A DNA stretch of 64,000 nt from a virus. The notes below the pieces were generated by a model. The model was not told the origin of the DNA, did no database searches, and saw only the letters and a list, made by a program, of their open reading frames with translations. This document shows, one piece after another, positions 18,415 through 27,034 of the stretch. The stretch lies in the IMG/VR virus record IMGVR_UViG_3300027782_000040; one strand, given 5' to 3'. Within the stretch, counting starts at the first letter, position 1. Every line of letters starts with the position of its first letter. The position numbers were made by a program, and so were the translations under genes.

Positions 18415-20149
18415 GTAAATCCTTACTAAACGATTCAGAGTATTCTCCATCTCCCATAACTTGGTCTATAATTCCTTTTTTCTTTTGTAATATATTATAG
18501 ATAATTTTTTCAACCGTATTCTCAAACACGGGATAATAAACCAACACACTATTCTGTTGACCGTAACGATATGCTCTATCTTCGGCTTGACTGTGATGAG
18601 CTGGTACAAATGATAAATCATTCATTACAACAACCTCACCTGCAGTTAATGTAATACCAACACCACCTGCAATAATATTTGAGATAAATATTTTTACCTT
18701 ATCTTCATTTTGAAATCTATCAACACTCTCTTGTTTCTTTTCTTTAGACATACTACCATTCAATATTACAGAGTTCTTTTTATATTTCTCATGTAACATA
18801 TCTAATGACATTGTAAAGTTAGTGAATACAATTACTTTCTTTCCTTGATCTAAACATTTATCTATAATTTCACAAGTGTATGGAATTTTTTCGTAAGCAA
18901 TAAGTTGTCTAATTTTCATTAAACGATTTAAGGTTACACTAATAGTTTCGTTGTCCTTCTTATCATTACTAATTCTTGTAAACTCTTCTAACTCCTCATC
19001 ATACATTTTACTACTTAATTCTACAAAGACAGGTGTAACAATTTTTTCAGGTAAATCTAAAATATCTGTTTTCATTCTACGAAGAACATATGACTTTGTT
19101 CTTTCTCTTAACTCATCCAAATTACTTGCCCCACTTGTGTTCCACACTTTTCTATTTCCAACAGTGAATTGATAACCTTTACAATATCTACGAACATAAG
19201 ATTGCCAATTTAATGTTAAAGGTGAATCAACAATCTTTAATAAATTAAAATAATTTATTGGTCTTGATGTCATTGGGGTTCCCGTTAATAACCAAACTCG
19301 TGGTATGGTTTCTAATACGTCATTTAATAAACGAGTTCTGTTCGCGGTACTATTACTTACATAATGTGCTTCATCCACAATTGCTAAATCAAACTTTTCA
19401 TTTACTAATAATTTATAGTCATCACTATCTTCACTTTTTTCTGTGGTGTGATAATTTTTTAATATATCATAATTGATAATATAATAATCAAAAGTAGACC
19501 CCCATTTACGACCTTCAACTATTAAAACTTTTCTATCTGTGTAATTTTTAATCTCTCTATCCCAATTTATTTTAAGAGATGCAGGACAAACAATTAAAAC
19601 TTTCTTTGCTCCACTTTCCATCGATGCAATAACCGCTGCCGTCGTTTTTCCGAGACCCATATCGTCAGCTAATATAAACTTATTGTTAGCCAATAACTTC
19701 TCAATGGCAACCTTTTGATGTTCCATAGGAGGACGATTATCATACGGACTATAATCAATTACACGATTTAACTTTTTCTCATCTTGAACAATTGCAGACT
19801 TAGGTAACCACATTGCACTCATTTGGTCACTATCTAAAACTTTACCCCATATATGAAACGCTTTATCAGATTCACATAACAATTTTTCACACCAAATTTT
19901 TTCAGGGGGAATGGGTAATAACCTTTCTTCCATAATTTTTTCTCCAAATGTGGAAACCAAATTAATATATTTTCTAGCGACCTTTGGACTCAATTCGTAA
20001 TATTTCATTACATATTCAGATTGGGGTCTGGTTAACTTAAAATTTTTAACCTCATCTATCTTTCTTTTCCAATCCAATAATTGGTTATTGGAACCTTCGT
20101 AAGTTAATAATATTGTTCTCGCTTCAATCTCGGGAATTTTTATCTCCAT
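18398..20149 (-). CDS. SNF2-family (SMARCAL1/HARP-like) helicase
   Basis: LADDMGLGKT, IVCPASL, DEAH, LTGTP, LRRMK, GVGITL, QAEDRAYRYGQ. Confidence 0.92.
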   Translation of the reverse strand: MEIKIPEIEARTILLTYEGSNNQLLDWKRKIDEVKNFKLTRPQSEYVMKYYELSPKVARKYINLVSTFGEKIMEERLLPIPPEKIWCEKLLCESDKAFHIWGKVLDSDQMSAMWLPKSAIVQDEKKLNRVIDYSPYDNRPPMEHQKVAIEKLLANNKFILADDMGLGKTTAAVIASMESGAKKVLIVCPASLKINWDREIKNYTDRKVLIVEGRKWGSTFDYYIINYDILKNYHTTEKSEDSDDYKLLVNEKFDLAIVDEAHYVSNSTANRTRLLNDVLETIPRVWLLTGTPMTSRPINYFNLLKIVDSPLTLNWQSYVRRYCKGYQFTVGNRKVWNTSGASNLDELRERTKSYVLRRMKTDILDLPEKIVTPVFVELSSKMYDEELEEFTRISNDKKDNETISVTLNRLMKIRQLIAYEKIPYTCEIIDKCLDQGKKVIVFTNFTMSLDMLHEKYKKNSVILNGSMSKEKKQESVDRFQNEDKVKIFISNIIAGGVGITLTAGEVVVMNDLSFVPAHHSQAEDRAYRYGQQNSVLVYYPVFENTVEKIIYNILQKKKGIIDQVMGDGEYSESFSKDLLKSLL

Positions 20150-20203
20150 ATAATATATATAATATAACTAAATAGAATGAAATATTAAACTATTTATAAG
20201 GAT

Positions 20204-20716
20204 ATGAATAATAAATTACCGATAACGAGAATGTCCAAATTCCTTTCTCAGGATGACTTTGATTTAAATATTCAAATGGGTCAGGAATACCTTCATGGTG
20301 ATTTGGGGATAAAATTGGTATTATATCGTGTAGATAAACAAAAAACAGAAAACGACGACGTTTACGCTGAAGTTGGGGTGGATGAAATTAAATATTTCCC
20401 ACCAATTGAGTTTTATGCATTAGTTAAAATAGAGGAACCAAAGAACAGTTCATATAAAGGTGGATTATTAAGATACAACGAACCGGGTAATATGACATTA
20501 TCAGTTTATATAAAACATTTGGAAGAATTAAAGGTTGATATAAAATACGGAGATTTTATTGGATACCCTGAATCTGAAACAAGAACAAGATATTATAACG
20601 TTTCAAACGACGGAAAAGTAACATCAGATAATAAACATAATATGTTTGGTTACAAACCATATTATAGAAACATTGTATGTACAGCAGTACAAGACAATAC
20701 ATTTAGAGGAGTATAA
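20204..20716 (+). CDS. Head-closure/neck protein (gp14-like)
   Basis: Position before the tail terminator and sheath; DDVYAE...F, IKYGDFI pattern; late motif upstream. Confidence 0.55.
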   Translation: MNNKLPITRMSKFLSQDDFDLNIQMGQEYLHGDLGIKLVLYRVDKQKTENDDVYAEVGVDEIKYFPPIEFYALVKIEEPKNSSYKGGLLRYNEPGNMTLSVYIKHLEELKVDIKYGDFIGYPESETRTRYYNVSNDGKVTSDNKHNMFGYKPYYRNIVCTAVQDNTFRGV

Positions 20717-20717
20717 C

Positions 20718-21998
20718 ATGGGAATACCTAAAAGAAAAACAAATATTGAAATCTATAAAGGTTCTGAACTCACTAAAAGGAGACAGGAACTTTTGGATAA
20801 TATTACCAAATCAGATACGAATCTTCCCGATTCTATATTACACGATGATTTAGATAGGGGTATGTTAGATTATGTTACGAAAACATTTAAGGTCGTAACT
20901 GATGGTAAACAAATCCCAATTATAAATAAAATTCTAACAATACAAAGATGGGGAGAGTTTATGCAGAATTGGTCGTTTAGTGATGAAGACGGTAACATGC
21001 AACTTCCATTTATTGCAACCATTAGAAAACCCGACGTTCAATTTGGAACAAATCCATCGGTTCAAAGAACAATACCTGACAGATATCAAGTTTATTACGC
21101 TTCAGTTCCGAATTGGAATGGTTCACAATTGGGCGCGGACATTTACACAATACCACAACCTATCCCTGTGGATATTACATATGACGTAACAATTATATGT
21201 AATAAATTTAGAGATTTAAACAAGTTTAATAAAATCATATTACGTCACTTTGCGTCAAGACAAGATTATACAACAATTAAAGGACATTACATTCCTATTG
21301 TTCTTGATAAGATTGAAGATAATAGTCCAATTGAAACGATTGACGGACGTAGATTTTACGTTCAGAATTATCAATTTACAATGTTAGGTTATTTGATAGA
21401 TAGTGAGGAGTTTGAAGTGAAACCCGCCATTAATAGATTATTTACCATGTTTGAGTTTATAAAAGATAACCCCAAATTTGGTGTCAATAAAGTTGTTAAT
21501 ACTAATGATATAATACAAACTGTAAATTTAGTTTGTGACGGAATTCAAAGTGTTTTTGATGTTGGTGAAAGTATTGGTACATTATTCGGTGTTTATGTAA
21601 ATGATGTATTACAAACAAAAAATACAAATTATTTACATATTGCTTACACTTCAAAAATAGAATTTGTTTCTCCATATATCCCAACCGCCGGAAGTAAACT
21701 CACTATTGTTTATTATAAAAGTAAGAATAGTAGAATAGTAGGAACATCAGGTACAATTTTTAGTTTTGTTAGAGAAGAGTTTCAATTCACAGGTTCGGGA
21801 TCTTTTTTTGACCCACCAACCAATAATAGACCAATGTTTGATACAAATGAAATGATTAATAGTGTTGTTACAGTTGAGATTAATGGATTGGCGGAACAAC
21901 AAGGTATCGGATTTATCGTTTCAGATGATAACTCGTATATTATTTTATCAGATAAACCATCCATAAATTCAAATATATCAGTAGGATATTTGTATTAA
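20718..21998 (+). CDS. Tail terminator/completion protein (gp15-like) with C-terminal beta-repeat domains
   Basis: LPFIATIR, IPQPIPVDITYDVTI, FTMLGYL. ATG at 20718 directly follows the upstream stop. Confidence 0.6.
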   Translation: MGIPKRKTNIEIYKGSELTKRRQELLDNITKSDTNLPDSILHDDLDRGMLDYVTKTFKVVTDGKQIPIINKILTIQRWGEFMQNWSFSDEDGNMQLPFIATIRKPDVQFGTNPSVQRTIPDRYQVYYASVPNWNGSQLGADIYTIPQPIPVDITYDVTIICNKFRDLNKFNKIILRHFASRQDYTTIKGHYIPIVLDKIEDNSPIETIDGRRFYVQNYQFTMLGYLIDSEEFEVKPAINRLFTMFEFIKDNPKFGVNKVVNTNDIIQTVNLVCDGIQSVFDVGESIGTLFGVYVNDVLQTKNTNYLHIAYTSKIEFVSPYIPTAGSKLTIVYYKSKNSRIVGTSGTIFSFVREEFQFTGSGSFFDPPTNNRPMFDTNEMINSVVTVEINGLAEQQGIGFIVSDDNSYIILSDKPSINSNISVGYLY

Positions 21999-22008
21999 AC
22001 CATAATCT

Positions 22009-22512
22009 ATGTACGAATTTATAAAAGATAATGTTGTTTCAAGTCAGAGTCAAAACATGCCGATTAATATAATGACGGTCAGTTTTATTGCAGACGGAAC
22101 ACAAACTAATTTTAGTGTTGGAACTAATATCGGAACCTTATTTTCAGTTTCAATGAACGGTATTGGTCAAATAAGAGATTTAAGTTTTACGTTTATAAAC
22201 TTTACAAGTACGATTACTTTTATTGAACCTCCAATAAATAACTCAATAATAACGATACAATTTTATAAAGGAATTAATAGTGTAATTTTAGACAATAAGG
22301 GTAAATTATTACAATTTGAAAAACAAGAGTTTATTTATACCGCATCAAGAGTGTTTAACTTAAGTAATTCCATCAATAGTTTAATAACGGTTGAAACCAA
22401 TGGATTAGCTGAAGAAGAGTCAGTTGGGTTTGATATTACTGGAGACGATGAAATTACATATCTCTCCAATCCTAAAGTTGGGTCAAAAATTAGTATATCT
22501 TATTTATACTAA
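22009..22512 (+). CDS. Paralog of the C-terminal half of the preceding protein
   Basis: MYEFIKDN vs internal MFEFIKDN; shared IGTLF.V, INS..TVE.NGLAE...GF and IS..YLY. Confidence 0.8.
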   Translation: MYEFIKDNVVSSQSQNMPINIMTVSFIADGTQTNFSVGTNIGTLFSVSMNGIGQIRDLSFTFINFTSTITFIEPPINNSIITIQFYKGINSVILDNKGKLLQFEKQEFIYTASRVFNLSNSINSLITVETNGLAEEESVGFDITGDDEITYLSNPKVGSKISISYLY

Positions 22513-22667
22513 TCGTCACCATAAATGTCTTTCTTTTTAGGTTTACAAAGTTCCTCAATGTGTTTTTCCAATACTTTATAAATTTTTAATCCATTTTTAT
22601 CACAATAATTTTTTAACATTTCGTGGTGTTTCTGACCTATTTTAACATTTTTTTGTTTGTTTTCCAT
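22509..22667 (-). CDS. Small ribbon-helix-helix-like DNA-binding protein, 52 aa
   Basis: Not in the track. Manual translation MENKQKNVKIGQKHHEMLKNYCDKNGLKIYKVLEKHIEELCKPKKKDIYGDD; beta-helix-helix pattern. Confidence 0.65.
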   Translation of the reverse strand: MENKQKNVKIGQKHHEMLKNYCDKNGLKIYKVLEKHIEELCKPKKKDIYGDD

Positions 22668-22783
22668 ATAAAAGATAATTAAAGATAAATAACTATCTTT
22701 TTAAGAAAAGTTCGGAAATCTTTGGTGAAAACAAAGATATTTATAAGATAAGTAATAAAAACAATTTAACCAAACAACAATCG

Positions 22784-25222
22784 ATGGCAAATTCAAACAG
22801 AGTATTCGTTTCTCCAGGTGTTTATACATCAGAGAAGGATTTAACATTCGTAGCACAAAGTATAGGTGTTACAACATTGGGATTAGTGGGAGAAACCTTA
22901 AAAGGTCCAGCTAATGAACCAATATTAATTTCAAATTTTGACGAATTTAAAACATATTTCGGAAGTACATCACCTGAAAAAGATGGTAATGGTAATCCAA
23001 AATATGAATTAGGTTATGTCGCTAAATCTTATTTACAAGAGTCAAATCAATTATTTGTAACAAGAGTATTAGGTAAGACAGGTTATAAAGCAGGTAAAAC
23101 ATTCGGTATTAAAACATTAGGTACAGATGCAGATATTGTAGTGGTAGCATTAAGATCAAGAGGACATTATTCAGGAGAAACTTTAGTATTTGAAGTTACT
23201 GGAAATACATCCTTCGTTCTTAGTGGTGCAACATTAACAACTAATCCATTATCTGAATTTGATATTCATGTTACAGGTGCAACAGGTGGAGCTAAAGTTT
23301 TTACTTGTAGTTTAGACGTTACATCATCAAAATATATAACTAAAGTTTTAGGAACAAGTCCATATGATAAAGATAGAAGTGATGTTCCTTTATATGTTCA
23401 CGAAGTATATCCAAACTTAACTAAAAATTTATATCACCAAGGTATGATTAGTGGTTTAAGTTTTACTGAAGTATATAACGCTGAAGGTGACAATTTTTCA
23501 AATCCTTGGGCTTTTCCAACGTCACCTACTATAGTTTCTGAAGTAAGAGGTGGTAAAGTTGATGATTTATTTGATATAACCACAATTTCAGACGGAAACG
23601 CTGCAAATGAAGAAGTTAAAATTACAATTCAAAATATCAATATTGAAACAGGTGAATTTGACATACTAGTTAGAGATTTTAACGATACAGATGAAAACAT
23701 GTCAGTTTTAGAAAAATTCTCAAGATGTTCAATGAATCCTGATGTTGCGGGATATGTTGCTAGAAAGGTAGGAACATCAAATGGTGATTATACTTTGAAT
23801 TCTAAATATATTATGTTAAGTATGGACCCTAATGCACCATCAAATGCGTTCCCTGCTGGATTTAAAGGGTTTACAAACGCAACTTTATCAGGGTCAACAA
23901 AATTAGGTAATGTTCTTTATAAAACTGAATTTTTTGATTCAGGAGATGCGATTGGTCCAGCTGGATCACCATATTCAGCAACAACAAGTAACGGAGACAA
24001 ATATAGAAAAACATCTTTAGGTTTATCTTCAGATAGTAATTTTAGTTTTGACGCAGATTTGTTCAAATATAAAGGTTCAGGAACATTGAATAGTACTGAT
24101 GGATTTCACTTATCAACTAATGCATCTTCAATTACAGGTACAACATATCAAACAACGGGTTATGATTTGGAAGGTCAAACAGACGCCGCTAACAACAAAT
24201 TAACCAATATTAATTATCGTAAATTTACATTTGCAGTATGTGGTGGTTTTGATGGTTGGGATATCTACAGAAGAGTAAGAACATATGGAGATGCGTATAT
24301 ATTTGGAAAAACAACATACATTTCAGGTCTTACAACAAATGGTGGATTGTTTGACACTGCAAATGGAAACTCCGATTATTATGCTTATTTAGAAGGAATT
24401 CAAACATATGCAAACCCTGAAGCAATAGATATTAACGTATTCGCAACTCCAGGTATTAACTTCTACGACCATAGTTCATTAACAACTCAAGCAATTGACA
24501 TGATTGAAACCGATAGAGCGGATTCAATTTATATTATCGGAGCCCCAAATGAAACTGATGCAACTAACGTTATTGACGATTTAGACGGTATTGCGGTTGA
24601 TTCTAACTATTCAGCCACATATTGGCCTTGGATTCAAGTAAGAGACACAGATAACGCAACTCAATTATATATCCCACCAACAGGTGAGGTTGTTAAGAAT
24701 ATTGCCTTAACTGATAACGTATCTTATCCTTGGTTCGCAGTTGCGGGTTACAGTAGAGGTTTGGTAAACGCAATCAAAGCACAAAAGAAACTTACTCTTG
24801 ACGAAAGAGATGAGTTATATAAGGCAAGAATCAACCCAATTGCAACATTCTCTGATACAGGTACCATTATATGGGGTAACAAAACGTTACAAGTTAGAGA
24901 GTCAGCTTTAGATAGAATCAACGTAAGAAGATTGTTATTAAGAGCAAGGAAATTGATATCTGCAGTCGCTGTAAGGTTATTATTTGAACAAAATGACGAC
25001 CAAGTAAGACAAGAGTTCTTAAGATTGGTAAACCCTATCTTGGAATCAATTAAGAAAGAAAGAGGTTTATATGACTTCCGTGTAAGTGTATCTAATGACC
25101 CAGAGGACATCGATGCTAACACATTAAGAGGTAAGATTTACATCAAACCAACTCGTTCTTTAGAATTCATTGATTTGGAATTTGTAATCACTCCAACAGG
25201 AGCTTCATTCGACAATATCTAA
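22784..25222 (+). CDS. Contractile tail sheath protein (gp18-like)
   Basis: FVSPGVYTSEKD, GETLKGP, YSATYWPW, PWFAVAGYSRG, WGNKTLQ...LDRINVRRLL, FEQND, IKPTRSLEFI. Confidence 0.96.
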   Translation: MANSNRVFVSPGVYTSEKDLTFVAQSIGVTTLGLVGETLKGPANEPILISNFDEFKTYFGSTSPEKDGNGNPKYELGYVAKSYLQESNQLFVTRVLGKTGYKAGKTFGIKTLGTDADIVVVALRSRGHYSGETLVFEVTGNTSFVLSGATLTTNPLSEFDIHVTGATGGAKVFTCSLDVTSSKYITKVLGTSPYDKDRSDVPLYVHEVYPNLTKNLYHQGMISGLSFTEVYNAEGDNFSNPWAFPTSPTIVSEVRGGKVDDLFDITTISDGNAANEEVKITIQNINIETGEFDILVRDFNDTDENMSVLEKFSRCSMNPDVAGYVARKVGTSNGDYTLNSKYIMLSMDPNAPSNAFPAGFKGFTNATLSGSTKLGNVLYKTEFFDSGDAIGPAGSPYSATTSNGDKYRKTSLGLSSDSNFSFDADLFKYKGSGTLNSTDGFHLSTNASSITGTTYQTTGYDLEGQTDAANNKLTNINYRKFTFAVCGGFDGWDIYRRVRTYGDAYIFGKTTYISGLTTNGGLFDTANGNSDYYAYLEGIQTYANPEAIDINVFATPGINFYDHSSLTTQAIDMIETDRADSIYIIGAPNETDATNVIDDLDGIAVDSNYSATYWPWIQVRDTDNATQLYIPPTGEVVKNIALTDNVSYPWFAVAGYSRGLVNAIKAQKKLTLDERDELYKARINPIATFSDTGTIIWGNKTLQVRESALDRINVRRLLLRARKLISAVAVRLLFEQNDDQVRQEFLRLVNPILESIKKERGLYDFRVSVSNDPEDIDANTLRGKIYIKPTRSLEFIDLEFVITPTGASFDNI

Positions 25223-25246
25223 TCTAAAAGGAGATATAAAAAGAAG

Positions 25247-25275
25247 AAGAGTATCAGAAATGGTGCTCTTTTTTT
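25247..25275 (+). terminator. Rho-independent terminator after the sheath gene
   Basis: AAGAGTATCA-GAAA-TGGTGCTCTT followed by a T-run. Confidence 0.8.
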
Positions 25276-25276
25276 A

Positions 25277-25495
25277 TGCTCCACGTAGAACCATATTATA
25301 TAACAATTATACTATTATATTATACCCAGAATACTGGAACTATATATACTAGTATTTATTATTGAAATATTAAATTATTAAAGGAGAGTATTAAACTGGA
25401 ACTATATACTGGAGCCTGTAAAAAACTACGAAAAATAATTGACATAAACAAGTATTTCCAATAAAAAACTTAAAATAAAATTATTTTCCAATATA
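25277..25495. other. Non-coding AT-rich region with a parS-like site and direct repeats (candidate origin)
   Basis: TGCTCCACGTAGAACC (13/16 match to TGTTCCACGTGGAACA); ACTGGAACTATATA at 25333 and 25395; TTTCCAATA twice. Confidence 0.4.
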
Positions 25496-25544
25496 GATAT
25501 ATTTATAAGAAAGTAAATAACTTAAAAACTTTAACAAATACAAT

Positions 25545-26033
25545 ATGGCAGATTTATTAATGAAAATGCCGGTTCCTTACGAACCGAAAAGAAAAAATAG
25601 ATTTATCCTAAGATTTCCATCATCTTTAGGAATAAATGAGTGGTATGTATTCTCCACAGCGAGACCATCTGCTAAAATTAAATCAGTTGAGATTCCTTTC
25701 TTGAACACAAAAACTTATGTTGCTGGTCAATTTGAGTGGGAAGAGATTAAAGTTCAATTTAAAGACCCAATTGGTCCTTCAGCTTCTCAAGCACTTATGG
25801 AATGGTTCCGTTTACATGCGGAGTCAGTTACAGGTCGTATGGGATATGCTGCGGGTTATAAGAAAGACATTGAATTGGAGATGTTAGACCCAACGGGAGT
25901 TGTGGTTGAAAAATGGATTTTACAAGGTTGTTTCTTAACAAGTTTGAACTTCGGTGATTTAGATTACTCAAGAGATGATTTGGCGACAATTGACGCTTCA
26001 TTAAGAATGGACCGTTGTATTCAAGTTTATTAA
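25545..26033 (+). CDS. Tail tube protein (gp19-like)
   Basis: YEPKRKNRF, RPS...VEIPFLN, W..I.V.F.DP, YKKDIELEMLDP.G.VVEKW.L.G. Confidence 0.92.
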   Translation: MADLLMKMPVPYEPKRKNRFILRFPSSLGINEWYVFSTARPSAKIKSVEIPFLNTKTYVAGQFEWEEIKVQFKDPIGPSASQALMEWFRLHAESVTGRMGYAAGYKKDIELEMLDPTGVVVEKWILQGCFLTSLNFGDLDYSRDDLATIDASLRMDRCIQVY

Positions 26034-26054
26034 TATAATAATTTTTCATATGAG

Positions 26055-26089
26055 AAACCGATATACCAGAAATGGGTGTCGGTTTTTTT
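26055..26089 (+). terminator. Rho-independent terminator after the tube gene
   Basis: AAACCGATAT(A)CCA-GAAA-TGGGTGTCGGTTT followed by a T-run. Confidence 0.85.
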
Positions 26090-26134
26090 ATTTAAAAACT
26101 TTACTTTCTCATAGTTATAGTATAAACTTATATT

Positions 26135-26884
26135 ATGGACGAAACAAGAATAGACCCAACAATCGCATACGATGTGGTGGAATTACCAACTAAAGGTATC
26201 CATTATAAAAACAAAAATAAATCAGTTAGAGTTGCATACCTAACCGCAAGTGACGAAAACATTCTATCATCACCAAGTTTAATTGGTTCTGGTTTAGTTG
26301 TTGATGAATTACTAAAAAGAAAAATATTAGACAAAACGTTATCTGTTGATGAAATTGTTGATGAAGATAGACAAGCAATTCTTATATTTTTAAGAAATAC
26401 TGCTTTTGGTTCAGAATATACAATTACGGTAACTGACCCAAAGACAAATGAACCATTTACGGTTGATGTTGATTTAAGTGAAATTAAAGTGAAAGATTTT
26501 AAGTTAGAAGAAGATTCTAATGGTGAATATAAGTACTTCATGGAGAAAAGTAAAAATGATATTACATTTACTTTTTTATCATTAAAACAAGAAAAAGAAA
26601 TTGATGAAATTAGAAAAAGTTGGAATGGTAATGGAGTTGCTCCGATTATCACCAAACAACTTGAAATGATGATTAAGTCAGTTAATGGAAATAAAGATTT
26701 AATGAATATTAGAAATTTGATTGAAACCTTACCAATTAAGGATTCACAAAGTTTTAGAAAATTCATTAACCAAGTTAAACCGGGGTTGGATCTAACCCAA
26801 AATGTTACAACCCCGTCCGGAGAGACAATCCAAGTTGAAATTGGATTCGGGGTAGAATTTTTTCGTCCTTTCTACGGATTATAA
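26135..26884 (+). CDS. Tail/baseplate hub assembly chaperone (gp26-like)
   Basis: VELPTKG..Y, LTASDENIL, DRQAILIFLR..AFGSEY, C-terminal EFFRP; lies between tube and tape measure. Confidence 0.8.
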   Translation: MDETRIDPTIAYDVVELPTKGIHYKNKNKSVRVAYLTASDENILSSPSLIGSGLVVDELLKRKILDKTLSVDEIVDEDRQAILIFLRNTAFGSEYTITVTDPKTNEPFTVDVDLSEIKVKDFKLEEDSNGEYKYFMEKSKNDITFTFLSLKQEKEIDEIRKSWNGNGVAPIITKQLEMMIKSVNGNKDLMNIRNLIETLPIKDSQSFRKFINQVKPGLDLTQNVTTPSGETIQVEIGFGVEFFRPFYGL

Positions 26885-27017
26885 AAAAGGACAATTAGAC
26901 GAAATTTTATTTTTGGTTAAAAGAGGGTTCTCTTATGGGGACATCTTATCTATGCCAGTGTATATTAGAAGATACTATATTAATTATATGATAGAGAAAG
27001 AGACTGAAAATAGTTAA
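26862..27017 (+). CDS. +1-frame extension of the chaperone (gp51/GT-like), probably made by frameshifting
   Basis: FVLSTDYKKGQLDEILFLVKRGFSYGDILSMPVYIRRYYINYMIEKETENS; no suitable start; bounded upstream by an in-frame TAG at 26853. Confidence 0.75.
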   Translation, partial: FVLSTDYKKGQLDEILFLVKRGFSYGDILSMPVYIRRYYINYMIEKETENS

Positions 27018-27034
27018 TCAGTCTATTTATATGT

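Noticed and set aside
20646-20717. Track's longer N-terminus for the tail terminator
   Set aside because: Starts at a non-ATG codon inside the upstream gene; ATG 20718 directly after the stop is more plausible
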